From: Klebsormidium nitens
Lineage: Eukaryota > Plantae > Klebsormidiophyceae
Direction: 5' to 3'
DNA length: 64,000 nt
Assembly (NCBI GenBank): GCA_000708835.1
Contig: DF237256.1
Location: forward strand, 43,856-107,855
The notes under the pieces were generated by a model. That model was given only the letters and a program-made list of their open reading frames with translations, searched no databases and had not been told where the DNA came from. Position numbers and translations under genes: made by a program. Of the stretch, positions 1 to 13,089 are shown one piece after another (positions within the stretch are counted from its first letter, which is position 1; every line of letters begins with the position of its first letter).

Positions 1-44
1 CTTTAAGTCACTCAATTGCTGAGGCAGAGGACTCCACAACTGGG

Positions 45-3000
45 ATGGAGTGGCTTACCACGCGCCAACTCCGCCTCCAGTCGGTAGGAGATGGATCCGA
101 GCAGGCCCAGGCCGCTGCATTTCATCCAACGCAAGCAATCCTTGCCGTGGCGGTTGGAAGGCACATCGTCGAGTTTGATGCCCTCACCGGGTGCAAGCTG
201 TCTAGCGTGGACATTGGGGGGAGTGTTGTGAAGCTGGCCTACAGTCCTGCGGGGGGGCACGTTCTTCTTGCGGTCCTTCAAGTGAGATTCTAAGCATTCT
301 TTGTGTCACCCCTGATTGTATGTGAATCATCCTGGTCGAGGCTTTTGCCCCCAGCCGCTAGGTACTGCGCACCGAATGCCCGCTCCTATTTCAGATAACT
401 TGTGATTCCAGTTGGATTTGTTTCTGTCATGGTTCTTGCGCCCTGAGTAATCCTGATGGGGCCAGTGCCAGAACATTGCCCACATCTTCTTACACCTGAC
501 GGTGGCGAGTCCATTTGACAATGAATCCTGACATTGAGTTTGGTGCGCCCTCCCTGAATTGGCCGGGGCTCTAGCAAAGACACTCTGTACTTGGGCAGCT
601 TCTCCTAACACTTTCATCTGTATCGTCCCAACTGAGAATTGTCAGCTTCTTCTGTCATCGTTGGTTTCTGATAGTAAGCGGCGGTGTCTGTTGCAGGATT
701 GGACAATACGATCATGGGACTTGGACGCAGAGCACACCACAGTGCTCTACTCCCCCGCAAGTGCGGACCGGAAGCAGGACCGCCCAGCCTCGGGCGCCGC
801 CGTCCAGGCGCACATTGCCCTGACACCGATGAAGCCGTGGCTCTTCTTTGCTGCACACATGCGAACAAGTGTCAATGGTGAGCTCTATTGCCCCCCTCAA
901 AATTCGTTCACAGATGTAGTATGCAAGGAGTTAGCAGTGCAGACGATACAACTTTAACTCGTTTCTGACAAAGTGTTGTTTTTGCTGCTTAGTTGTGGGG
1001 ATAAGGGACGGCGGCAAGGCGGCGCTCAAACTCAAGACGGACTACAAGAAAGCAGTCACACAGCTGGCATGCCACCCTCGGGCCCCCCTCCTGTTCATAG
1101 CTTACAATGATGCGTGCATTCGAGCGCACGAGTTCCAGACCTTTGGGGTTCGATTCACCATCCAAGGTAAGTGTTCCTCTGCCTGCTATTGACCTTGTTA
1201 GCCTCGTTTTTGGTTGCAGAGGCTGGTATGCAGTCAAGCTATTGGTGCATACTTGGGCCTCAATTGCATCCCTGCATACTAGGAGGCCCAGGCTATTGCC
1301 TTGGTTTGGATCCTCAATGATTCAGTGCCTTGGTTCGGATCTATGCATGCTTTAGGAGCCTGAAATCTGGTGTTGTCCGGCAGACCCTTCCCTGAAGCTC
1401 GCGGGAGCGGGCGCCATCACCTTCCACTCCACTCTGGACATCATGTTTGTTGGGGACCGCGGCGGGATGTTACTGGCCTGGGACATCCGTGTGCAGCCGC
1501 TACTGATTGGCAGGTAGGTTGCCAAGCAGGCGTTTCTATTGCTGACTGGGAGAAAGACTTTGTGGATTGGACCCATCATGATTTCACAAAACGAAGAGTC
1601 ATTTGAGACTTGTGGCAAGGGGCCTGTCTTAACCCACAGAGAGCAGATCCAACTCTTTCCTGCACTCAAGAGCTGTGTAGTCTGACGCAAGAGTCGTCCA
1701 ACCGAGTCGTCACAACTCCTGCTCAACAAGTGCCGCTTGTTCGTCCAGTGTGCAAGTCGGGAGTGGAGATGACGGCACAATCGTCTCTGTCGCGTACCAC
1801 CCCCTCCTCCAACTGGTCATCAGCCTGACCAAGGACGGCAAGGTCCAGGTGTGGCGGATCAGGAGCACCAACAACCCCAACAAGCCCACCATGAAGTCCA
1901 ACTTCTTTGAGCCGTCAGGTGAGTTGCTTTGTTCAAAGACCCCTTTCCGAATGGGTGGTGATATTGCCTGGGCAAAGGCATCATCTTGCTTCGTACAGAT
2001 GCCTATGCCCTTGTTTCGATAATGCGAAAAGGGCATGTTAAGATTGTCTTTCTCGACTCCGACTGGGGACTGCGCTGATGAGTGTGAACGGTGGGTTAAC
2101 TCCCGACCTTTCTGTCCTCTGCCCTCACCTTCGACGTATATTCTCGACAACGCATCTCGTGAAGACGTGGCCAATGTTCACCCTTGCAGGGATGGGCCTT
2201 TTAGACGTGGCCGACATTCTGACCCAGCAAGGAGGCGTGGCCGTCTACCCTGTTCCCAAAGTCGTCCAGATCCTGGTGCATCCCCGCTTCAACACAGCCA
2301 CCGCACTCTTTGACAGGTAAGAAGAACGTCAAACTTCGTCCCCAACCGAAAGGGGCTTGGATGAGTCTGCTGGTCGAATCGCCTGTCCTTCTGGCACTCA
2401 CCAAGTATCGAAGGGTTGTGCCCAAGCGATCAGCAAGCTGTTTTCGTAGGATGCATTTTTACGTACGAATGTGGGTTTTGGAAGGGTTGAGCATAGTCCG
2501 CAAGACAACTTGGAGTAATTGCCAGCTTAAAGTAGGCGTAGGCCGTCTCACCGACGGCATCACCGGAGCGTGACAGCGACAGGAAACAATCAGCATACAC
2601 CCTCCGATAACTTCAGCTCGGTAGTTTGTACCGTCCAATTGGAAACTGACTCGCGAGCCTTACGCCCACTTCAACAACCGACCGGTCCCGTTTTCCACCC
2701 GCAGTGAGTCCTCCAAGGAGGCCGGTCTACGCCCGGGTAACCTCTCCCGGGCGGCCCGGAGGGAGCTGCTGGCGGCCCTGCAGGCGTCCCGGGCGGCCCC
2801 CCGGGGCAAGAAGGACGACGCGGGCGCGGTGACGCAGCAGGTGATCAAGGAGAAACTAGGGGGGGCGCTGTTCTCGGACCACCACCAGATGCAGCTGCTG
2901 GCGCAGCAGGCGCAGCTCAAGCACGGGGCGGAGCGCGTCACGCAGACCACGGTGGCGGACTATGCGCGCAAGACGTTCCTGTACGGGGTGAGGAGACGAC

Positions 3001-6000
3001 GGGTTCCATCAGCACGTTTCGGATCGGAGTCATGACCCTCTTCTGATTCAGTGGTGTTGGCTCTGATCTTGAACACTTACTAGTGTAGGTTGCGGCATAT
3101 GGTAGGTTTGGCAGCTGGGCCTTCCTAATCTTCGCAATGCACGACAGGTTGTTCACAGGTTGCTCTGAGAACTTCCCTCGTAAAGAGGAAGATCGGCCTC
3201 TTCCACTTTGGGGCGTCGACATATGTGCAATTCTAGAGCTCTGGGAGGTGGGTGACAGCTTGACGGATCTCTACATACTTTTGTCTGTGAAATTCTCGTG
3301 CAAGGCTTGTTGCCGCTAAATGTTCTCAATGGCTTTGTTTTGCAAACCGCGCGTCTGTCAACGACTGGACCCAAGGATTAGCGTGACGAATTGCAACGGC
3401 AGCAAGCACTGAAGGCACACGGTTCTAATACGAGCAGCCAAGTCATTTCTGAGCCTAGTTCTCCTCTTGCCCTATGCAGTCCGCCAAGGAGCTCCACTCG
3501 ACATCGGGCCCAGTGCGCTCTCTCCCGCTCCTGTGCATCGCTGACGAGGAGCACCCGCTGCGCGATACCCCCGTCTGCTCGCCCGTCCAGCGGGACCTCC
3601 ACTTCTTTGCCAACGAGCACAGGACTTCCGTCTACCCGCCACGGGCCGACTTCATGGACGGCTGCACGCTCTGTGGATTCACGCTGGCGACGGGGGAGTA
3701 CGTAACGCACAAGAAACTCGGGGCGACGGTGAGGGGCTTTCATTGAGGGATTTGAGACAGGGCTTTGCTTTCGGGATTTGCGCGTTCTAAAGAGGGTACG
3801 CTAGGCGTGTGTTGATCGGGCTGAACTTTAAGGTCACTTGACGTCAGTTTGCAACTTTTCTTCGTAGACGTTCTGCTTTTCCAATAGCAGCAATCATTTC
3901 CTGCTCTATGCGAATGGAAACATGCAGTGTGGATGGCACGTCCGGTGATTGCTTCCTCGATCACCTCAGACTTAGATGGTCGCAAGTGAGGGCCAGTCAA
4001 ACGGCGGCAGTCTTTCTCAAAGCAACATTTTCTGAATGCGAACAGGAATCGGATCGCTCATTTTTGAATGCGAAAGCACGCGACCCCGTCCAGTCACGCG
4101 CTAAACCCCATCGCCTTCCCTTCAGGCTGCCTCCGGCGCCGAGCGTTATCCCACGAGCCTCGTCTTCAGCGAGCCACAGCAGGCGTGGGCCTTCACCTTC
4201 GCGTGCCCGGGGGCTTCCTCCGAGGTCGCCCTCCTGCGCACGAGCAAATCTCCCGGCGGTGACGGCTTCATCACTCTCCCAGGACGCGACGCGACGTTCA
4301 CCGGAGTCGGGGACAACCAGTTTCTCGTCCTGCACGAAGACGGGGAACAAGTCGACGTGCTGCGGCTCGGCCCAGCGGACGTGTACGTGAGCCAGAATGG
4401 AAACGGAACGGAGGAGGTCATGGCGATGCGCTTTGACACGCCCGTGTCGCGCGTGTTCCGGACGCCGATCGACTCGTCGGTTCTGTACGTCGCGCGCCGG
4501 CACATGGGGCTCGCGCGGATTCCCTCCGGGGCGGGGTACGGAATGGAACCCATTCTGCGGACGCACCGGGCGGCCGGAAAAGTGATCGACTTGAAGCCGA
4601 TGGAGCAAGTCCTGAACGTGCAGTGGCAGTCGTCGGGGCTGGGCCCTGTCGCGGGGATCGTGACCACGCACCGAGTGCTGATCGCAGACTCGAACCTGGA
4701 CGTCGTGGCCAGCAGCAGTGCCCCGCTCGACAGCGGGCACCCGCCGTTCCGCACGTGCCTGTGGGTTGGCCCCGCGCTTCTAGTTTCCACCGCGACCACG
4801 GTTGCCGTTCTCGGGTGGGACGGACAGGTGCGTCCGTTCTGCACGCTGGACGGTCCGAATACCGCGCTGGTTGGGGTATTGAATGACCGGCTCATGCTAG
4901 CGACGAGAAGCGAGGGGGGTGAGCGGGGGGTGGAGATCAAGTACCGCCTGGTGGGGCTGCTGGAGCCGCTGGTCATAGGCTATGTGACGATGCAGAGCGT
5001 GTTCGACCAGAACCTGGAGCTGAGCGAGACGCTCTACAAGCTGACGTCAAGGTAAGGCCGCCTCAAGCTGTGGACGCTTTTGCCTTTGCCCCCCTGCTTT
5101 CCGCCTCGGTCGCTTGCTCTCTTCGCGCTTCTGATGTTTGCTCAGCATGCTCATCTGCCCATCGGACAAAGCGGTGCGGAAACCAAAGGATAAATTGCTG
5201 TATGTCCACAGGGGCCTTTTCGTTTAATCATGTCTCTGACAACCGTTGACCTCAACTTCAAGCTCTCCACACTACCACGAGGAATACGAAGATTTCTGGA
5301 AGTCTGACCAGCTTTCTTTCTCCAGGTTCGACAATTTGCGCATTACCCCCCGCATGGTTGACGTCCTCACCGTGGGCTCCACCGCCAGCGCCAACTTGGG
5401 CGTCGAGCTCGCGCAGGGGGGCCCCCAGTTCACACAGGAGCTGCGCTCCCGCTATGCGATGCGCGCGCGCCGTTTCGAGACGGCGCTCACCATCCTGCGC
5501 GACGACTTCCTGCGGTCCAAGGACTACCCGCGCTGCCCGCCCTCCAGCCGCCTCTTCCAGCGCTTCCGCGAGCTGGGCAAGGCGTGCGTCAAGTAAGGGG
5601 CTTCGAGCTCTTTCTGGTCGCATATCATGCTGGCAAAGTAGCCCTTAGTCATTCTGGAGGTGTGAGATCTTCCCCACCAAGTGTCTTGCATTGTTTGCTG
5701 CATGGAGTCTTCTGCTAAGAATCTGACTCGTCCTTTCGCTTAACACGCTCCTTCTTTTATTATGATACTTGACGATAGCCATATCAAGGTGACATGTCAG
5801 CCTTGTGCTTGGATGGTGCAAGACTTTTCTTGCATTCGCGGAATGAAGGTAGAAATCGGCTTTTTGAAGTGTACGAACAGGTGGAACGTTGCAGCAGTTG
5901 ACAATGGTTGCTAAAGTGAACCCGCTTTCGACTTGTATATGCTCCTACTGGGGCTCGCTCCACGTCACAATCACGCATATACCTCCGATCGTTCAGTCAT

Positions 6001-9000
6001 CTTCCTGGCAAGCACAACCAAACTCGCCATCCATCTCCTCCCCCCAGGTACGGCCAGTTTGACCGCGCCAAGGAGACGTACGAAGTGGCCGGCGACTACG
6101 AGAGCCTGTTCGATTTGTTCATAACCCACATGAACCCGAGCGCGCTACGCCGACTCGCCCAGAAGCTGGAGGAGACGAAAGCGGACCCGGAGTTGCTGCG
6201 CCAGACGCAGCAGCTGCTCCTGCTGCGGTCCGCGGGGTGGGGCACCGGGGGCACGTTCACACAGCTCAGCGGGGACAGCATGGCGCCCAAGGGGCCCGAG
6301 TGGGGCGGGGGAAACTGGGAGATCAAGGTGAGGGGGAGGGGGCTCGGATTTGTAGCCAGGGGTTGGGTCGTTGGGTCGCAATTTTTCAGAAGCAATTAAG
6401 GTGAACAGTATACTTTCAGGTTGAACCAGAAATCTAAGGTTGCTAAGGTTGATGTGTTCCGCACCCTGACTCCTGGTTAGCCACACCCCCTCCCAAATAC
6501 TGTTCACTGGGGGCTTACGTTTCACTCGGCTTTGCTGCTTAAAAGCAAATGACGCCCGAGTTGGGTATGGCAGAGTTGGAACCAACGTACCGTCACCGCG
6601 ACCCCACAGAGCTTTCTCATGAGGCTTTCTCAGAAAGTTTTGAATCCATCGGGACTTATCGTAAATGCTTGTGCCAGCCCCATGCTCACGCACTTTCCCC
6701 CCCGCTGCCTGCAGGTGACCCCCCAGGAGGACAAGGTCCCCGACTGGGAGCTCGCCTCCGAGGTCACCGCCTTCATGCAGGACACCGCCGGGGCCCCCAT
6801 CCCCAACATCGTGCCCGACTCCCTGGGCGTCTACTTGGGCACCGAGCGTGGGCGGGGGGTCGCCCCACCTACCGGCGAACGGTTCGCGGCCGCCGCCGCG
6901 GCCGCCGCCTCTGTCCACGTGGGAGCCCCGCTGGCTATCGGGAGCGACGGAGCGCCGCTCGGGTTTGGGGACGAGCTCGAAGGGCCGGCGTTTGGGAAGG
7001 TGGCGAGCCTCTCGAGGATGTCGGAGGACGGCGTGTCGCCGTCGTCTACGCCCAGCAGGGGGACCAGCCAGAGGGGGACCCCTCCGCGCAGCTTCAAGAG
7101 GTGAGCGCTTTTGTGGATTGCGGGGTGCGGACTGTGTATTTGGCAATTGACGTCGTGGGACCGGATTGGACTTTGTAGATGTGTTTGAGGCTGAACCTTC
7201 GCTTTTTTAAGTGTCAGTTTTGCAATGGGCTCGGGGGGGAGGCAGGAGCAGAGCAGCGTGTCGTAGGAAAGCTCTTCCGAAGACAGGCTCTGTAGTCGTT
7301 GCCGCATGTTCTCAAACCATGTTCGCAGTTGAGACTTCATCCTTCACTGTGACGATTGTTTGAAGACCTCTTTTTAGGCACTTGAGAGGTTACAAGCGGA
7401 ATCACGCAGGTACAGGCCAAATGAAGCATTCGAGAGATTGGCCAAAGAAACACCCAACAAGCCTTGTAAGAAGAGCGGTGACTATAACTACAGGCGCGCA
7501 ATGTGCAGGCCCAGCACTAGCGAGGACGAGACCGAGGAGCAGGCGCGCGCGGCGGAGGCCTTCCGCAAGGGCTTCGCGCCGCAGGACGAAGATTCCGACT
7601 CCGACGACGACGCGGGCGCGATGCGGCCCAAGCGGCTGCAGATCCGGATCAAGGCGCGCGACGCGAGCGCGCCAAGTGTCAAGGACTCAATCGACGTGGA
7701 CAAGCTCAAGGAGGCCACCAAAGCGTTCAAGCTGGGCGACCCGACGTCGGGCCCTCTCGCGCTGCCGCCGCGCCCGGGAACCGGCAGCCGGCAGTCTGCG
7801 TCGTCGAAACTCGCGCCACCACAGGGCCTCCCGGCGCCGCAGCCGATGCCCTTCCCGGCACAGCTCTTCTCTCAGCAGCCGGATCAACAACCCCCGCCCG
7901 CGACGGCTACCGGCCCGTTCCCACCCGGCAGTGTGAATGCGCCCCCTCCGCAAGCCGGCCCAGGGCTCTTCGGGCAGCTGCTTCCATTCGTCCCACAGAA
8001 CACGTCGCTCCAACTGCCCAACGCTCCGCAGCAGCCGAGCGCGCCGCAAAATGGGGGGCCGCAGGACTTCACGTTCCCAGACATGGGAGTGCCCCCCCAG
8101 GCCGTCGCCGTGCCGGGGCTGTTCCCGCAAGCTGCGCCGTCACCAGCGCAGCCTCCGCTGGCGCTGCCAGGCCCAGGGGCAGCGCTCGCTCTGCGAGACG
8201 ACGGAGTCCCGCCTCAGGTAATTTGGCTGGATGTTTCGTGCTACTACTCTTTAGCTTTCCTTCTTGTTGTAGAACAAGGACCCTGTGGTGAAATGGCTTT
8301 CATCGGAGGCGATGGCAGGCTCCAATGTGTTGATTTTGAGATGCTCCACCTGCCTGTGAGCGCCACTCAACTTCTGTTCTTTCGCAACCATCAGCGAGAA
8401 TGTTATGCGTTGGTTACCTTTACCGTGAACTCAGTCACGCCCTTCCTGTCTTGTAACAAGGTCCTCCACTACATGTTGCACACCTGTAAAGCTCGCCACT
8501 CACAAGAACCCATCTGCGAGCTCCTCCCTTCGAAACACTATCAACATTCCAAAGCCACCACCGTTTTCTGACCCGTTGCCCCCCTTTATCCTCCTCAGGG
8601 CCCCCCTTCGACCGGCCCCATCCCCGACCTCGGCCTCTTCAGCGGCCCTGCCAGTTTCGCCGGGACGTCCCGCGGCGGATCTGCGCCCAGCAGCGTCGGC
8701 CCTCTTAGTTCTTCTGGTTTCCTGGATCTGGACGGTCTCCCTGGGTCCGGTGCTCCCACCAGTACGGGACCCCCACCCAAGAGCTGGGACGCCACCGCGG
8801 GCGGGCCGCTCAGCGTGGGGGCGGAGAAGGTGCCCCCCGCTCCAATCAGTGCCAAGCCGGGCGAGGTGAGAGTTTGTTCCTTTCCTTAGGGTAACAGCGT
8901 GGTTTTGAAGTGAGAGCAGTAACTGATTTGAGTCTTTCCATGCCTCTCATGTTTCCACCTTCATTGATTTGAAAGGGGCAGAACAGATAGTGAGACACTC

Positions 9001-10420
9001 CAGTCATTGAACAGAGAAAAGAAAACAGAAGGCGCTCCATTAGCGGATATTGAGTTGTAAAAGTGGGACGGTGGAATCATGCAAGCCGTAGTCGAGCACT
9101 TCTGCTGAACCGTCCGCATCTCCGTACTCCGTCAGCGGCTATGCTTTGCTGCAGACTCTTTTCTCTGCCTGACCGCTTACCTTTCCTCTTCCAGGCCCCA
9201 CTGATAAAGTTTCTCCTCAGAGTCTCCCTTTGCTCACGATCTCCATATTGTGCTTCCAGGTGCCACGTGGCGCCCCGGCGTCAACGTGCTTCAAGACCGG
9301 CGTCGCCCACGTGGAGGCCAACCAGCTGCGCGACGCGCTGGCGTGCTTCGACGAGGCGTTTGCGGCGCTTGGTCGCGAGCGCGGGGGCGGGAAGGACGTC
9401 AAGGCGCAGGCGAAAATGGCGAGCCACTATAAGCAGGCTGCGCTGCTGCTGCAGGAGATCGCGCGCCTGCAGCGCCTTTCTGACGTGGGCACCAGCCAGG
9501 TCGGCGCGCGCGAGGAGATGGCGCGGCTGTCCAGGCTGCTCTCGGCGATCCCGTTGCAGGTGAGCGCGGCCTGACGGTCTTCAGGTGATCGGGTTGTTGG
9601 AGTTTAGATCTTGGGGACTGTAGATATGAAGACTTTGATTTTTTTGAACTGAGGCGTTTCAGGTGGGTTTCAAGCCATATGTGTCGGAGACTCAGGGGAT
9701 GTAGTGAATGGTCAGGGCAGCGTTCTGGTATGGCCCCCTTCTTCTTACCCGCCTTCAATCAGAAAAGGTAAGCCCCAAGCGCCGGCTATCAAGGAGTGAA
9801 CCGTGAGGACCGTATCTTGTTCGACTACCCTGTCCAAGCGGCGGTCCGACGGCGCTCTTGCTGGTGGTTGCAGGCGAAGCACCGCATCAGCTGCATTCGG
9901 ACGGCCATCAAGCGGAACATGGACGTCCAAAACTACGCGTTCGCCAAGCGGATGCTGGACCTGCTTGTGGCGAAAGCGCCTCCCAACAAGCAGGGCGAGT
10001 TCAAAGTCCTCATCAGCGTGTGCACTCAGGTGAGAGTAAAGAGTAAAGATGAGAGTAGAAATGGAAATTTTGCGTCAGTGGCGTTCAGGGTTCGCAATAG
10101 GCCACGCTCGATGCCATGACGCATGTGTAGGCAGTTCTAATCCTGTCCTTGTTACTTTCGTTCGTTCTTGGGGAAGCATCTTTGAGCTTTTCGTCTTGTA
10201 CGTGCAGAAAGGGCTGGTGGATAGAGCTATCGACGGCCCGGAAGACATCACGAAGTTCGATGCCGCGACCCTCGGTAGACTACCAACTATTGGTCATGAC
10301 ACATGCGACTTCTGCGGCGCCAACTTTGGAGCTGGCAATGCCAGCTGTTCGGTTTGTGGTATTGGAAGTCTCCAGCGCTCTGATGCGGCAAGTGGAACCG
10401 TCGCGTCACCCTTTGGATAG
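45..10420 (+). CDS. TWD40-2: TPLATE/TSET complex WD40 subunit TWD40-2 orthologue (about 17 exons)
   Basis: The spliced translation follows Arabidopsis TWD40-2 as I recall it along its whole length: N-term MEWLT..AAAFHPTQAILAVAVGRHIVEFDALTGCKLSSVDIG; FVGDRGGMLLAWD; LWVGPALLVST; GLLEPLVIG; PKGPEWGGGNWEIK; VPRGAPASTCFKTGVAHVEANQL; KHRISCIRTAIKRNMDVQNY; C-terminal CDFCGA..CSVCGIGSLQRSDA..SPFG stop at 10418-10420. GT-AG junctions checked in frame (e.g. exons 45-281, 697-877, 993-1166, 1384-1513, 4126-5051). Pro/Gln-rich region at about 7500-8870. Confidence 0.93.
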
Positions 10421-10981
10421 AGACTTTGAAGTTGGCTTGAATACCTCGCCTCTGTGCTTAACGGCCAGTCTAGAACCGAGTCTATGACCAGGATTAAAGT
10501 TGGCATTGGGTGTAGTTGAGATAGCCATTCCTGATCATTTCGCACCTTCGAGCTTCGAGCATCATGTGCCGAGATTTTCGACTCAAATTAGTACACTTAT
10601 GGTGATTTGAGCGAATGAGTTTGCCTCCAGTATCTTGGCATCACTTTTCGTATTATCCAGTAAGAAGTGGCGCTGGGCTTAATGGGGGCCATTTTCTGAC
10701 TCTTACACGCACATGCACAATTGCTTACACAGTGGCCGCTTGCAACCTCCTAGCCAGAACGCAAGGTCTTACGCGCACATAGGACCGGACTCAGGCTTGG
10801 TTCACAATTGCATCTGCTGCAGGCACAGGCTTGCAACCAGCAATAGTCTACAAGCTACAATTATCCAAGTGCGTGCTCTATTTGCCCCTAAGTCTTGATC
10901 ATGGCTAGGCCGTCACTCTTGTAGAGTCTGCACAATTAGTAGTTTTAAGCTAGTTAAACCGGCCACAAGTGATAAGTCAAT

Positions 10982-11758
10982 GAGGCGTTTTACATGAGAG
11001 GTGGGTTGCCGAGGGTAAGTGCCGACTTACCGCGCACTGTCGCGACTAAAAGTTGTACCGCCCAGACTTACCGTGGGCTCGTCGCGATCGGCGTTTTACA
11101 TGGTCCGAGGGTAAGTCGATGGTAAGTCCCGATCGAGGGCAAATCCGCACTCATTTCGGACTTACCACGACTTACCTCATCGATTTCGATGAGTTAAAGT
11201 AGGGCCTACTTTACCGTCGGTAAACTCGACTTACCACGGTAAGTCGCTACCATGTAAAAGGCAAGTCGTGGTAAGTCCGAAAATCGACTTAGGGTACCGT
11301 CACTTTGAAGTGGCAGTATTCTGTTTGGGGGGGGGGCTTGGTTCAAATTAGCCAAGCAAAGGTGGGGAGGGGGGGGGGGCTTGAGGCCTTTTGCTTGGGG
11401 CGGAGCCCCAGCCAGGTTTTCCAGGTTTCGAGTGAGAAGCATGCGTTTTCATGCACATTTACCCTTATTTTGTTCAACGTTCTTACTTTACAGCCCAAGA
11501 ACGAGACCAAAAAGCACTTTTCAGCACCAAAATGGGGCTGAATGCATGTATATGATGGTGTTTTTAAACCGAACATTTGCCCGGTTGGTAGCCCACCGGA
11601 CTGGGACCTTGACCTTGCCAGTGATGACATGGCCGGGATCGAGGGGGGGGGGGCTTGAGACCCTTATGCCAAAGTGCCTCCAAAATACCTAACCGGGTGC
11701 CACTACAAAGTGACGGTACCCTTACCGTCGGGACTTTAACCTCCATGTAAAACGCCTC
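10982..11758. mobile_element. Non-autonomous MITE, PIF/Harbinger-like (outer, host element)
   Basis: Perfect 15-bp TIR: GAGGCGTTTTACATG (10982-10996) and CATGTAAAACGCCTC (11744-11758). 3-bp direct repeat AAT on both flanks (10979-10981, 11759-11761). About 10 internal GACTTACC/GGTAAGTC subterminal motifs. No transposase ORF. Confidence 0.8.
11292..11721. mobile_element. Tourist-like (PIF/Harbinger) MITE nested inside the outer MITE
   Basis: 24-bp TIR with 1 mismatch: GGGTACCGTCACTTTGAAGTGGCA (11292-11315) and TGCCACTACAAAGTGACGGTACCC (11698-11721). TTA target duplication at 11289-11291 and 11722-11724. TIR begins with GGG. 430 bp, non-coding, with three poly-G runs. Confidence 0.88.
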
Positions 11759-12064
11759 AATATATCAAACAAATTTTGTGTTGGCCAAGCCAACTCAATG
11801 TACCTACCTATACAGCAATGAGTGCCACATGGCACCTTGCTGCAAATCAATGTCTCTTGAGTCTTGTATCAACATTCCTTTTGCCGTATGCCGCATGCAT
11901 GGTGACTCAGTGGGCTGGGCCTACGTCCGGCCCATACTAATCGCCGCCGCGATGGTCGGCCCGGGACGCGAGAGGCGGGCCGCGGCCGCCGGGTCGTGCG
12001 GAGTGGACTTGATACTGTGCAATTATTACTTTATGTATTTTGTTACGGCTCCACATGACCGCAG

Positions 12065-12149
12065 CTCGACATAGCTCAGTTGGTAGAGCGGAGGACTGTA
12101 GTCGTCGCAGAAAATCCTTAGGTCACTGGTTCGAATCCGGTTGTCGAGA
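12065..12149 (+). tRNA. trnY-GTA: tRNA-Tyr(GTA) with a 12-nt canonical 37/38 intron
   Basis: Acceptor stem CTCGACA/TGTCGAG plus discriminator A. D-arm TAGCTCAGTTGGTAGAGC. Anticodon GTA at 12098-12100. Intron 12102-12113 (TCGTCGCAGAAA). T-arm GGTTCGAATCC. Mature length 73 nt. Matches the plant cytosolic tRNA-Tyr pattern. Confidence 0.96.
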
Positions 12150-12153
12150 CACC

Positions 12154-12158
12154 TTTTT
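12154..12158 (+). terminator. RNA polymerase III oligo-T terminator of tRNA-Tyr
   Basis: TTTTT starting 5 nt after the tRNA 3' end. Confidence 0.75.
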
Positions 12159-12714
12159 GTCGTACGACACTCCTGTAGCCAGTATTGGCAGTGGTTCCTC
12201 CTTTTAGCAGTTCGTGACGCCCTACATAGATATCTACCTACTTTTCTTCTGGACAAGCATTTTGTCAACATTTAGTACTCTTATTTACTCAAAAGGAGTC
12301 GTTCCATGAAACAAGCAGGCAGGAGAAAGTCCTTGATTCTGTTGTCTTCCAATATCACAATCGACTTCGATCAATGTTACTCTGCATGCTAGGTATATGA
12401 TAGGCTACGCTGGCCACAAGTTGGTGGCCTTTTAAGCTACATGCTTTGCATGGATCGCGCACATGAGGCTAGCTGGGCAGAGCTTACGAGATGACCGACC
12501 ACAATTATGAACTGGTCAGCTTTTCAAAATGTGACCTAACTGAGACTCCATTGCAACCATGCATTGGACCAGCCGTTCGATCGTTCTAGCTTGGAATAAT
12601 ACATAGTCAAACAAGTATGCATGACGGACCCCGACCTTCTGGGCCTAAGAATCCCATCTGGTTGTTTCTCAGCTTCCTTGGTCTACCAGAAAGTTTAGCA
12701 TCATGGAAAAGCTG

Positions 12715-12750
12715 ACGTCAAAGATGGTTGACACGTCAAAGATGGTTGAC
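12715..12750. repeat. 18-bp perfect tandem duplication
   Basis: ACGTCAAAGATGGTTGAC twice (12715-12732, 12733-12750). Confidence 0.9.
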
Positions 12751-13089
12751 GAATTAAGGGCGTGTCGTAAGAGACATGATTGCATATCAGCTACTGTAGA
12801 TTTTTTCTCAACAGGAGGACAAGTAAATCTTGGGCAGGCCGGAGCAGGGGCCATGCACTACAGAAGGAACGCATCATATGCATTTTGCATAAGAAGAGTT
12901 GGAAACCGGCGCCAACAAACGTGCGGATGCAGGAGCAGATCCTGAGCTGAGCTCTCAAGCGAAACAGAAGATAAGAATTTCAACGAGCTCGCTTGATTTA
13001 AGGGAACTCTGCACCTGTCAAGTTCTCATCATCAAAACCGTGGAAGCTTTCGGTACAGGACATGTTGAGAGTTCATCCAGTTGCAACGT

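Noticed and set aside
3997-4976. Long antisense ORFs (247 aa and 276 aa), plus others such as 6145-7146, 33027-33842 and 30101-30874
   Set aside because: They lie opposite GC3-rich exons of recognised genes. They are stop-poor shadows with no recognisable motifs.
12703-12945. 80-aa ORF containing a TSKMVD repeat
   Set aside because: The repeat is just the 18-bp DNA duplication. The ORF has no splice context or homology and lies in the MRNIP 3' region.
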